IMG/VR virus record: IMGVR_UViG_3300005289_000016
Location: 124,001 to 188,000 of that record
Length of the DNA stretch: 64,000 nucleotides
Strand: one strand, 5' to 3'
Shown piece after piece: positions 27,657 through 36,521 of this stretch (positions are counted from its first letter, which is position 1; the number at the start of each line of letters is the position of its first letter). A model generated the notes under the pieces. The model was given only the letters and a program-made list of their open reading frames with translations, searched no databases and was not told where the DNA came from. The translations under genes were made by a program, and so were the position numbers.

Positions 27657-28094
27657 ATGGACATTGCTTTGCCGCAGTACTCGTCGAGTTTGGACCTTAC
27701 TCCTAAGTTCTCCAACTTCGACACCCGGGAAGTCGGTAAACGTCAGTACCTCATGCTGGCTGACTTCTCGTACAATGATGAAGTCTACGGGTTGATCACT
27801 GCACCCAAGGACTTCGTCACCAACTACGCCTCCTTGGATGCGTTGCGTAACATCGTCTTGTTTCCTGTGTACGCGTTGCTTGCGGACTATGGTGACAAGT
27901 CAGCAACCATCCATGACTGGCTCTACAGTGGCGGCACCATCGTCGTTAACGGCGAGCGTGTTAAGCCTACTCGTGAGCAAGCGGATGAGATCTTCTACCG
28001 TGCTCTGCGCAGTGAAGGGATTGCCCGTTGGCGTGCTGGGATGTTCTACTACGGAGTGCGGGCTTTCGCAGCCAGTCACTTTGAAGCAGCATAA
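27657..28094 (+). CDS. DUF1353-family protein
   Basis: DFVTNYAS ... ATIHDWLY ... REQADEIFYRAL..EG..RWR...YYGVR. Confidence 0.75.
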   Translation: MDIALPQYSSSLDLTPKFSNFDTREVGKRQYLMLADFSYNDEVYGLITAPKDFVTNYASLDALRNIVLFPVYALLADYGDKSATIHDWLYSGGTIVVNGERVKPTREQADEIFYRALRSEGIARWRAGMFYYGVRAFAASHFEAA

Positions 28095-28120
28095 GGGGAG
28101 GGCTTCGGCCCTCCTTTTAT
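28093..28120 (+). terminator. UUCG terminator
   Basis: GGAGGGC-TTCG-GCCCTCC-TTTTATT. Confidence 0.85.
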
Positions 28121-28202
28121 TCCGATTCGAATTTATTTCAACCCTACATTGTAGCGGTGAGTAAGGAGTTCCTTATTCATTAACCAATGTAGGAGATTCA
28201 CC

Positions 28203-28412
28203 ATGTATACTCTTAAACACATCCGCATGATCGATAACTATGCTGAGCTGGTCAAAGCTGGCCTGTCGAAACTGCATGCTCGTCTGATCACCCGCAAGAT
28301 GGCTACTCGTGTCATCCTGGAAGTCGCTGTCAGTGACGTAGGCGTTCACGTAGAGTTCTATGACACCAGTGTGCATGCCGAGAAGACCTGTGTCTTCCGG
28401 TTTGTGGCTTAA
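28203..28412 (+). CDS. small hypothetical protein
   Basis: AGGAG RBS, own upstream TACATT motif, followed by a T-tract. Confidence 0.75.
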   Translation: MYTLKHIRMIDNYAELVKAGLSKLHARLITRKMATRVILEVAVSDVGVHVEFYDTSVHAEKTCVFRFVA

Positions 28413-28505
28413 TAGAAAAGGGTAACACCTTTTCTTTTTTTTGTTTTCCACCGTACGTGTATTTTATGTGGCTTCTTCTATCCAGTGCCCTGAAGGTATC
28501 TTTTA

Positions 28506-28757
28506 ATGAACATCACAGCTATTAAAGCGTCCGTCAGTCGTTATGCAGGTCTTGTCCTGCAAGCACTGGGCGGTAAGGTCGACAAGGTCGAGGGCAAACA
28601 ACTCTCCACTGAAGACTACACCACTGAAGAGAAAGACAAGCTCGGTGGCGTCAAATCCATGGCCATGCGTGACCTGCATGTCAGCACCCAACAACCTGAC
28701 AACGCTGTTGGCAATGATGGTGACATCTGGCTGGTCATTCAGCCGCCTCAGCAATAA
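28506..28757 (+). CDS. mini tail-fibre-like module
   Basis: KVDKVEGKQLSTEDYTTEEKDKLGG fibre repeat; HVST.QP....G.DGDIW motif. Confidence 0.7.
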   Translation: MNITAIKASVSRYAGLVLQALGGKVDKVEGKQLSTEDYTTEEKDKLGGVKSMAMRDLHVSTQQPDNAVGNDGDIWLVIQPPQQ

Positions 28758-28769
28758 GCGAGGTGCGCC

Positions 28770-28976
28770 ATGCGTATTAAACAAGGAACGTATCCCGAAT
28801 CCACTGGCATTGCCGTTCGGGTTGAGGGTACTTACCAGAACGTACTCCAAGGTTACAACAAGATCAACGGCGTGTGGGTTCCGTGGGAAATGCCTTCGGA
28901 CAACGGTGACGTCGATCTGAACAGTGCTGTCAGCAACAAAACGCTGGATGGGTTGATTCTCAATCTTCTTGGCTAA
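28770..28976 (+). CDS. mini tail-fibre-associated protein
   Basis: GAGGT RBS; KINGVWVPW fibre-type motif. Confidence 0.65.
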   Translation: MRIKQGTYPESTGIAVRVEGTYQNVLQGYNKINGVWVPWEMPSDNGDVDLNSAVSNKTLDGLILNLLG

Positions 28977-28984
28977 CGGCATAA

Positions 28985-29011
28985 AGAGCAGGGGCCAATG
29001 GCCCCTGCTCT
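28985..29011. terminator. bidirectional terminator between convergent units
   Basis: AGAGCAGGGGCC-AAT-GGCCCCTGCTCT. Confidence 0.8.
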
Positions 29012-29033
29012 ATCACGCGTCGAACTAAGCCGA

Positions 29034-29582
29034 TTACTCTGCTGGAGGCAGATCGAAACCGGTCAGGTCTTGGTTGCTGTACACGGTGCTCATGCGCTCA
29101 CGGCCGTCCACAGGCTCAACCACAGTCACGGTGATCTGGCCGGTGTACAGGTACGAGCCGTTGATGGCACGCAGGGTCAGTGGAGCGGTTTCGCCGTCGA
29201 CGGTGCCGTCGTCCCAGGTTGGCATTTCGCTCTCGACGATTTCCACGTCGGAAGCAGCCAGACCCAGAGCAGCAACAGCGAATGCCTTCACGTCAGCGAT
29301 GGTCGAATCAACATCCGACTGGAACTCGCCGAGGGTCAGGATGCCTTCGATGGCAGCCAGGGTGTTACGGGTGTAGCGCAGGGTCTGAGAACCCTTGTAG
29401 GTAACACTGCCAGCTTTGGCACTGAAGGTCACCTGGGAGTTGCGAGTGTTGAGGCCTTCCGGGTCAACCCAGGCGGTCACAGCACTGATGTCCACTTCAG
29501 CAGCAGTCAGCGCTTTGCTGTTGGTGGTGTTTGCCAGCAGGAGAATGTTCTCCTGACCAGTTTTTGCTACGTCGATTTGCAT
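29034..29582 (-). CDS. virion structural protein (phiKZ-type paralogue domain)
   Basis: GGAG RBS before MQIDVAK; LLLAN..N...RNSQV....YKGSQTLRYTR pattern shared with the array. Confidence 0.75.
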   Translation of the reverse strand: MQIDVAKTGQENILLLANTTNSKALTAAEVDISAVTAWVDPEGLNTRNSQVTFSAKAGSVTYKGSQTLRYTRNTLAAIEGILTLGEFQSDVDSTIADVKAFAVAALGLAASDVEIVESEMPTWDDGTVDGETAPLTLRAINGSYLYTGQITVTVVEPVDGRERMSTVYSNQDLTGFDLPPAE

Positions 29583-29675
29583 GGTGATCTCCAATGCAGG
29601 GGTACGAAAAGAGGTCGATTCTTCCGGCCTCATAGGATACGTCGTAAATAATTCCCGCCCAATCAAGCGAAAATA

Positions 29676-29697
29676 AGGAGGGGCACGTGCCCCTCCT
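29676..29697 (-). terminator. terminator-like hairpin
   Basis: AGGAGGGGC-ACGT-GCCCCTCCT after the stop at 29709. Confidence 0.7.
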
Positions 29698-29708
29698 CTA
29701 TGGCCGAA

Positions 29709-31244
29709 TTACGGCTTGTAGTTTGTTGCACGAACGTAAAGGCGCTTGTTGTACGTGTAGTCACAGTGCGCTCCCCAGTTCCCGGCAAAGTCGGAAATTG
29801 GGCACATCCGGTTACTGCCTGCGGTACCTGCACCACCGCACGGACCACCTGGGCCTACCGTGGTGAAGAAGCCGAAGTTATCGGTTACTAAGGTATTGAG
29901 GTACCACCCATCACGTTGACCGTAGAGGTTCTTATTGCCGAGAGGGGTCCTGACTGGAACTGGCGTCCCTGATGTCCACAACGGGGTAGCTTGTGGAACC
30001 GTCTTACCGATCTGATACGCACCGTACAGCCCGATCCAACTTGGATTGTCGTGTTGCAGCATCCATTCGTCGGCGATGTTTTTCAGATGGCCTGACTTGA
30101 CGACAGGTCGATTCGTAGGGTCGGTGGTGAAACCTTGGATGTCGAGCCCTTTGACGATACACTCGCCGTAGAGCATCTGATCCGCCGATGACGGCACGGT
30201 CCCTGTCCAGTGGCCAATCTGAATCCAGTAGCCGCCATCCGTAACCATGTCGCAGTACGCTTTGAAGGTCGAGCCATCATCGCCGTAAACGTCGTAGATA
30301 CCGCTAACGCCAGCAACAGCGTTCTTGATACCACCGGTGGTAGGCGGCAAATCCCAACCTAACAGGTCGACTGTAGGGTAGATGTCCCGCATGTCGTAGA
30401 TGTTCTGGAAGTTAAACGTCGAACCTTCCAAGAAGAACCACGATCCAGCTTTTGCCCGCAACGTGAACGACTTGTTGACCTGATCGATCGGCCCGTCTTC
30501 GACATCAGCAGACGTCAGCGCCAAACCGTAGTTCGTGTTGAGCTGAGGAAGCACGTCGTAGATGGTATTCTTGCCAGTCAAGTCTAGCAGGGGTGCCAGC
30601 TTGCTGAACGGTTCACTGATCGGGAAGCGCTGGTAGTAGACGTACATCGACCCAGAGAAACCTGAGAGCGGTGTAGCAGTCACGCGCAGCTTGGTGTTCC
30701 AGTACAGCGGGTTGGTATTGACCTCAGGCAAGCCTGGAATCAACATGGCTGATGTGAAAGCAAACCCGTTCATCTGGTTGATGATCTGGAGCAATGTTGG
30801 CCAAGCAACGAGACGGTAATCTGGAGCCGAGTTATCGATCTCCAGATATTGCAGCCGCACAGTGGAGAGGTTGATGGAGTCGCGTGGACGCACCAAGACC
30901 TGTGTGGTCATCCGACGCAAACTGGTCGGACTTGCAGCGTCTTCAATGAACTGTGCTCGAACGCCGCGCAGGTTGGCCGGATTCTTTTCGATCACCAGGA
31001 ACTGTGTAGTGACTCGCCGCAACGAAGTTGGGTTACGGTAGTCTTCTGTAAACTGTGCACGCACAGATTTCAGGCTCACAGGGTCCCTGGCGATCGTCAG
31101 GATCTGGCCAGTCAGCCTACGGACACCCGTAGGACTTGCAGCATCTTCCAGTGTTTGAAGACGTACGTCTCGCAGCCGAGCCGGCGAATCATCGGGGACC
31201 AGGTATTGAACCCGGACGGACCTCAGGTTAGCGGCATCGGCCAT
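29709..31244 (-). CDS. tail-associated protein: 17-aa repeats, paralogue domain, fibrinogen-like C-terminal domain
   Basis: SGIYDVY....FKAYCDMVTDGGYWIQI matches the fibrinogen_C/FReD start motif. Confidence 0.75.
   Translation of the reverse strand: MADAANLRSVRVQYLVPDDSPARLRDVRLQTLEDAASPTGVRRLTGQILTIARDPVSLKSVRAQFTEDYRNPTSLRRVTTQFLVIEKNPANLRGVRAQFIEDAASPTSLRRMTTQVLVRPRDSINLSTVRLQYLEIDNSAPDYRLVAWPTLLQIINQMNGFAFTSAMLIPGLPEVNTNPLYWNTKLRVTATPLSGFSGSMYVYYQRFPISEPFSKLAPLLDLTGKNTIYDVLPQLNTNYGLALTSADVEDGPIDQVNKSFTLRAKAGSWFFLEGSTFNFQNIYDMRDIYPTVDLLGWDLPPTTGGIKNAVAGVSGIYDVYGDDGSTFKAYCDMVTDGGYWIQIGHWTGTVPSSADQMLYGECIVKGLDIQGFTTDPTNRPVVKSGHLKNIADEWMLQHDNPSWIGLYGAYQIGKTVPQATPLWTSGTPVPVRTPLGNKNLYGQRDGWYLNTLVTDNFGFFTTVGPGGPCGGAGTAGSNRMCPISDFAGNWGAHCDYTYNKRLYVRATNYKP
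30828..31235 (-). repeat. eight tandem 17-aa (51-nt) repeats
   Basis: AANLRSVRVQYLVPDDS/PARLRDVRLQTLEDAAS/PTGVRRLTGQILTIARD/PVSLKSVRAQFTEDYRN/PTSLRRVTTQFLVIEKN/PANLRGVRAQFIEDAAS/PTSLRRMTTQVLVRPRD/SINLSTVRLQYLEIDNS. Confidence 0.85.
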
Positions 31245-31246
31245 GA

Positions 31247-32305
31247 TTAGGCTCCAGTTTTGGAATTGATGAGAACTTCCAGAGCATCAATGGAATCGTT
31301 GGTCCAAGGCTGACCAGCCAGGTCGGTGTTGAAGCAACCCAGACGGTCAGACGCTGCACCGCGGTTGAAGTCCAGTGTCGGAACGGTCAAGGTCTTCTTG
31401 GTGCTGAGGTTGGCACCTTGTTTAACCTGAGCCTGCACGGTTGGAGCGGTACCGGTATCACGGTAAGCAAATACTTCTACCGACACCGCCTTGATGGACA
31501 GTTCAGCAGTAGGCTTCGCGAAGCCCACCGAGGAGACGGTTTCATCTGGCGAGGTGCGGATAGTCGGAGTCAGCTCGGTGTTCGGAGCCAATCCCAGCGT
31601 GTCCAGTACGACGTCAGGGTTGGAGCCGTCAGATACAGTCCACCCAGCCGCCAGTACAGTGCCTGCCACTTTCGCAGACTTGACCTTGACAGGGCCCAGA
31701 CGACCAGCAACGACACCGTCGGTATCGAAGGTATCGACTTCCCAGTAGAAGTCCTGATAGCAGTGGGTTTCAGACGCCACAGCACCGGACAACTGACCGT
31801 AGATCAGGTTGATATCGGTCATGACACTGATGCCAGCAGCCAATGCCACAGTGCGGATCAGGGTCCCGTCAATCCAGACCGTGGCTTGCAGGTTCACGGC
31901 ATCGATCAGGTACTTGATGTACACTTCGTCCGTACTGCGCTGAAGATCGTTCTCCGTTAGCAGGTTGTAGACCGTTGCAAAGCCAACGAAGGTCAGTCGC
32001 AAGATCGGGTCGGCAGTTTTGGTTACAGCGTTGTTAGGCACAACGTAACGGAACCCGCCGTAGATCTTCTTGGTCTTCATCTCGTCCAGCGTGATCTTCG
32101 CAGCCGAGAGGTTGCTGGTCAGGCTGGCGTTGACGCTACCGGTGATGCGCAACCAGTTACGACCATTGACCGCAGCGATCGAGGTGTTCGCAGAGGTCAC
32201 ACCCTGTGCAACACCAGGCAGAACACCCTTGCCCAGAAGCTGGAACGTTGGGTAGCGGGTGCCTGCTGGGAAGTCATCAGCACCCAAGATTTCTCTGATA
32301 GCCAT
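31247..32305 (-). CDS. virion/tail protein, paralogue of 32308-33900
   Basis: Shared GRQW/GRNWL, D.Y....GRLGPVKV and ..W..ESL..L.V..K motifs. Confidence 0.8.
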   Translation of the reverse strand: MAIREILGADDFPAGTRYPTFQLLGKGVLPGVAQGVTSANTSIAAVNGRNWLRITGSVNASLTSNLSAAKITLDEMKTKKIYGGFRYVVPNNAVTKTADPILRLTFVGFATVYNLLTENDLQRSTDEVYIKYLIDAVNLQATVWIDGTLIRTVALAAGISVMTDINLIYGQLSGAVASETHCYQDFYWEVDTFDTDGVVAGRLGPVKVKSAKVAGTVLAAGWTVSDGSNPDVVLDTLGLAPNTELTPTIRTSPDETVSSVGFAKPTAELSIKAVSVEVFAYRDTGTAPTVQAQVKQGANLSTKKTLTVPTLDFNRGAASDRLGCFNTDLAGQPWTNDSIDALEVLINSKTGA

Positions 32306-32307
32306 GA

Positions 32308-33900
32308 TCAGTTGGCTCCACGTTTGGTTTTCAGTACAACCCGGAGAGATTCCAGGGATTCTTTGGTCCAGGCTGCACCGCCCGGCGTCTTCTGGAGAAG
32401 AGCGAGTGGCTTGACGTCTTCGGTGTGAGGCTTCAGCTCGTAGTCGACAGGGTTCGTCGAATCATTACCGACCTTCACCTTACCGATCAAGTGCTCAGAG
32501 CTACCTTGATCACGACGTGCCGCGATACCAACTTTGACAGCCAGTACATCGGCGGTGCCGAACGTGGGGATCTTAAACCCAACGCTACCCTCAGACTCAT
32601 CGATTGGCGGACGCAGGACGGGAGAGTCGAGGTCGGAGAAGCCGTAGTTAGCCGGACGATTGAGTGCGGCTTTAACGTTATTCTCGATGATGTCGGCTGG
32701 ATCGGACAACAGGTTGAAGTGGTAGAATTCAATCCGCGCCGAAGTTGCCACGCTGTTGCTCACAGCCAGACGGTAGTACCGGTAAGAACCGATCTTATCC
32801 GGAGCAAGCTTGAATGCGCCCACGCGGTCTGCTTGAGCCATGAACCATGCCGCTTGACCATTGGCGCGAACGTCCAAGTCCACCCACGTAGTCCCATCAT
32901 TACTGGCTTGGAACTTCCAGCCGTCGAAGGCACTCAACGTACTATAGCCTTGGATCACGTAACCGCTGACTTTCTTCGGTTCAGTGAATACCACGTTCAA
33001 GGCGATAGCTGTGGCGGCTCCACCAGACCAATAGCACCGGAAGGTGGTTGGGGAGATGCATTGTGCCGGAGTACCGGAGGTCATGGCTGGAACGGTGGTA
33101 AACGAGAACTGACCCGGTTGATCAGATTCAGTGGCGCCCTTCGGCATGATCACCGCGGCATCCCAGGTCCCACCGTCTTTCAGGTTATAGGTCTGAGTCG
33201 CGTCATCCAGTCCTTTCCAATTGACTGGGACCTCGATCTTGTCGACAGGGGTGGCGTAGACCTTGACAGGGCCGAGACGGCCAGAGGCAGTGCCATCCTG
33301 ATTGTCGTAGTTCAGATAGACGTCGGTAACGTGGAACGCAATACCTGTCGAACGCGGTGAGAAAGTCGACGAGATACCCCAGCGGAATATGCTGTCGAGT
33401 GTGAGTGTCGGAACGGAACGTTCGTGCACTACGACACCATTGAGAACGCTGCGGACCACTTTGTTCACCAAGTCGATCTCGAACTCAATGAAATGCTCAC
33501 CGACTGGGATACTGCTGAGGAAGTTGTTATCCACCGGAATGCCGTCGATGAAGAACAGGGAGTTCGTGGTCGACAAGGATAACAGAGCGGCACCCGCCGT
33601 AGGCAAGTCCATACGGAAACCGATACATGCTTTGGTGGTCACCGCTGGGTTATCGAACAACGAGCGAATCGTGCGGTTCCAGAATGCGTAGGTGTGGCCA
33701 GCAGCACCCAGCTGATCGAGGAAGGTGAAGCTGAGCGATAACCACTGCCGACCGCGAATAGTGTTGATGCCGACGGTGCTCAGCACTGCGTTGTTCAGAT
33801 CAAACACCGTGTGACCGTCGTAGGTCAGGTGCTGGAGCGAGATGAACGTCCGCGAAGGGATCTGGTCGAAACACGCCATGTTAGTAACAGTCATGGTCAA
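32308..33900 (-). CDS. virion/tail protein with inserted F5/8-C (discoidin)-like domain
   Basis: FTEPKKVSGYVIQ....WKFQASNDGTTWVDLD...YRYYRL. Confidence 0.8.
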   Translation of the reverse strand: MTMTVTNMACFDQIPSRTFISLQHLTYDGHTVFDLNNAVLSTVGINTIRGRQWLSLSFTFLDQLGAAGHTYAFWNRTIRSLFDNPAVTTKACIGFRMDLPTAGAALLSLSTTNSLFFIDGIPVDNNFLSSIPVGEHFIEFEIDLVNKVVRSVLNGVVVHERSVPTLTLDSIFRWGISSTFSPRSTGIAFHVTDVYLNYDNQDGTASGRLGPVKVYATPVDKIEVPVNWKGLDDATQTYNLKDGGTWDAAVIMPKGATESDQPGQFSFTTVPAMTSGTPAQCISPTTFRCYWSGGAATAIALNVVFTEPKKVSGYVIQGYSTLSAFDGWKFQASNDGTTWVDLDVRANGQAAWFMAQADRVGAFKLAPDKIGSYRYYRLAVSNSVATSARIEFYHFNLLSDPADIIENNVKAALNRPANYGFSDLDSPVLRPPIDESEGSVGFKIPTFGTADVLAVKVGIAARRDQGSSEHLIGKVKVGNDSTNPVDYELKPHTEDVKPLALLQKTPGGAAWTKESLESLRVVLKTKRGAN

Positions 33901-34241
33901 CCCTCCACGCGGTTGTATTGCAGGTACAGACGACCAGTCGGGGTGACTGAATCACTGTTGAACTTCAGGACCAGCACGTGGCTGTACTTGGAGTTGGTAG
34001 CGAAGTCACGACTGTTCTTGCCGTTGTATACCACGGAAGCAGTGGAGAGGTTCCACTCTTTGTCACTGCCTTCCACGATCCAGCGGTCTTTGCCCTCGCC
34101 GGTGTCGGTTGCAGACAGGATGCTGACCAGAGCCATGCGCTGGTCCAGGGTCATCTCTGCTGCCACTTCGATTCCAGCCAAGCTCTCGGCACTTTCCGAG
34201 AAGTCGGTGTGGAAGAAGTAGTTGGTCCAGTTGGGTTTCAT
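33897..34241 (-). CDS. putative virion protein
   Basis: GGAG RBS; sits in the structural operon. Confidence 0.7.
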   Translation of the reverse strand: MKPNWTNYFFHTDFSESAESLAGIEVAAEMTLDQRMALVSILSATDTGEGKDRWIVEGSDKEWNLSTASVVYNGKNSRDFATNSKYSHVLVLKFNSDSVTPTGRLYLQYNRVEG

Positions 34242-34244
34242 CTG

Positions 34245-34715
34245 TCAACTCCAGGTAAGGTTGAATTCCTTGATCGCCAAGGAAATAGGAGGCAGGTTTT
34301 GAAAGATCAACTTACCTGTACCGAACCACGCGAGTGATTCTGGCTTAGCGGTAAGCTGGACTTCAAAATTGCCGTCCTCACGAGTGACCACAGGTGCATC
34401 AACCAGGTCAGCCGTAGTGAATAACACCCCCGAATCTCGCAAGGAGGTCAGCATCTCGTAAAGAGTAGGCTTCGGGTCCATGCGAGGATAAACGGGGAAC
34501 ATACCAGGCAGTGTGGCAAGATCGCGTCGGTGATACTGGATCACCTTGGTCCCCCGGAACGTGTAATCGTTCAGGGCGGTCAGACGGACTTGTGCCAGAT
34601 TACCGACACCGGGAGACACGACACTGAAAGTCAGGCCGGTCTCCGACAGCGCGGTCGCACTTTCCCGGTTCAGGGCCAACACGAAGTCGACTTTATTGTC
34701 CTGTACCAGAGCCAT
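34245..34715 (-). CDS. virion structural paralogue (N-terminal domain only)
   Basis: LALNRE....YTFRGTKVIQYHRRDL. Confidence 0.8.
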   Translation of the reverse strand: MALVQDNKVDFVLALNRESATALSETGLTFSVVSPGVGNLAQVRLTALNDYTFRGTKVIQYHRRDLATLPGMFPVYPRMDPKPTLYEMLTSLRDSGVLFTTADLVDAPVVTREDGNFEVQLTAKPESLAWFGTGKLIFQNLPPISLAIKEFNLTWS

Positions 34716-34727
34716 GTGGCGTCCTCA

Positions 34728-35588
34728 TCATGCGTTGTAGTGCCAAATGATTTTACCGCAGAACCAACTACCGGCCTGAGGTGTGATCACCAGTGCACGG
34801 TTGAACTTCGCCGCATTGGCTTCTGGCAGGTTGACACTTGGCAATGTGAAGCGAGTGATGGTCAGACCACCGATCCCGCCTTCTTGAGTGTGACTGATCC
34901 GTGGGTCGATAGTCTTGCCGGTATAACCGGAGAACCATTCTGCCATGGCCCGCACGTCACTCGAGGTCGAGGTGATGGCAGAGCCTGTCACGATAGACGT
35001 AGCACCACCGAACCGACTGAAGTCAATCGACATCCCTACCAAGTTCATCAAGGGTTTGCCCTCGACGTAGTTGGCATCCCAGTACAACCCGGACATGCTA
35101 GAGACTGAGACGATCTGGTCAAGTGAACGTTTGCCTCGAGTCCAGCGAAGTCTGAAGTTACCCGAATACCCTACGGACGACGGATCGACTGACAGAGTGT
35201 ACAGATCACCACTGGCAGCCGCGCCGTATCCGGCTAGGACATCCGAGACATTCAACTTCAAACCGTACTTGGTGTTGATCAGTCGAATCCAGTCTTCTTT
35301 CGGCAAGTTGCCGACTGCCCACTCGTCGATCTCGAAGATCACGTTAGCAAACAACCGGTTCAACTGAAGCCGGCGGTAATGGATGACACGCTTACCGATG
35401 TAGAACGACCCGGGCAGAGCATACAACTCGATCGACGTGTCTTGGATCTCACCCGGTCCCGGAGTACGGACATACGGTACACCCAAGCGAGAGTTGACCA
35501 GATCTCGCATTTCAAGGAGACCGGGGTTGCTCTCATTGATGAGATTCAGTAGCAGCTCAAGCTGAGGCTTAGAGTAGTAAATAGACAT
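34728..35588 (-). CDS. virion structural paralogue
   Basis: LLNLINESN..FYIGKRVIHYRRLQL; C-terminal GKIIWHYN. Confidence 0.85.
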   Translation of the reverse strand: MSIYYSKPQLELLLNLINESNPGLLEMRDLVNSRLGVPYVRTPGPGEIQDTSIELYALPGSFYIGKRVIHYRRLQLNRLFANVIFEIDEWAVGNLPKEDWIRLINTKYGLKLNVSDVLAGYGAAASGDLYTLSVDPSSVGYSGNFRLRWTRGKRSLDQIVSVSSMSGLYWDANYVEGKPLMNLVGMSIDFSRFGGATSIVTGSAITSTSSDVRAMAEWFSGYTGKTIDPRISHTQEGGIGGLTITRFTLPSVNLPEANAAKFNRALVITPQAGSWFCGKIIWHYNA

Positions 35589-35633
35589 GCGTCTCTACCT
35601 TTGTGGAGACCCCGGTTGCCCGGGGTCGATTAC

Positions 35634-36509
35634 TCAGACCTCGTTCGGATCGACCGGGTCGTCGTAATGGAGGTAGAACACGCCCGGTGGAGTGGTCACG
35701 TCGGCACGCATCAACAGACCCAGTACGTACTTGTACGAACTGTTGGTCGGCAGTACGCCGCTGTTGATACCGCTGTAAACCACCTCAGCACCTGCCAGCG
35801 ACCAGGTCAGTTGCGCAGGGTCAAGGTTCCACAGAGACTTACCAGCGTTGGTGTCCACTGCCTTGATGGCGTTGAGCAGCGCAGTGTCGCCAGCGCCCAA
35901 GAAGGTACCGACCTGATAAGTCTCGAGCACGGCCTTCTGAGACGTGAAGTCCAGACCGTACATGTAGGTCAATGCCGAACCCGCGGAGCCATCGCCAGGC
36001 ACTGCGTAATCCAGACCTGGAAGCTGCACGGTCGTCAAGTGCTGGCTCAGTACTGCCTGACCGCTTTGCACGGTCACAGCCAGCGTACCAGTCCAACCAA
36101 TAGCTTCCGGTTTAGCCACCAGTGCGATCTCTTCGGCGTTCTCACCCACGTAACTGAACGGTGCGTCGACGAAGTCTTCAGGCGACAGTACCAGACCGTA
36201 ACGACGGAAAAGAGCTGGGAAGAAGTCAGACAATTTGGTAGGACCGTAAACCTTGACCGACAGTGGGCAGAGTTTCGGGAAGTCATTGAGGTTCAGGCGG
36301 TCGTACGTGACTACCCGCGCCCCTTGGAACAGTGACTCAGGTTTGGCGGTGATCTTGATGGCAGTGTTACCTGCCACCAGACCTTCTCGCCATGTGCCTT
36401 CGGTCTCCTGAGGAGTACCGAAGTTCAGCTCAGCAACCGTGAGGCTGGAGCCGTTAGCAGTGTTGATGTAATTCACCAAACTCTGCTTGGAATCGTAATG
36501 GATCGACAT
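35634..36509 (-). CDS. virion structural paralogue
   Basis: LVNYINTAN..NTAIKI..FQGARVVTYDRLNL; LPGLDY; GVFYLHYD. Confidence 0.85.
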   Translation of the reverse strand: MSIHYDSKQSLVNYINTANGSSLTVAELNFGTPQETEGTWREGLVAGNTAIKITAKPESLFQGARVVTYDRLNLNDFPKLCPLSVKVYGPTKLSDFFPALFRRYGLVLSPEDFVDAPFSYVGENAEEIALVAKPEAIGWTGTLAVTVQSGQAVLSQHLTTVQLPGLDYAVPGDGSAGSALTYMYGLDFTSQKAVLETYQVGTFLGAGDTALLNAIKAVDTNAGKSLWNLDPAQLTWSLAGAEVVYSGINSGVLPTNSSYKYVLGLLMRADVTTPPGVFYLHYDDPVDPNEV

Positions 36510-36521
36510 GGCTCAGTCCTA

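Noticed and set aside
28506-28976. Frameshifted or pseudogenised single fibre gene
   Set aside because: The second ORF has its own GAGGT RBS and ATG after a clean TAA, so two small genes is the simpler reading
30828-31235. CRISPR array or DGR repeat
   Set aside because: Repeats are degenerate and conserved at protein level within a CDS; no identical repeats with unique spacers and no reverse transcriptase in the window
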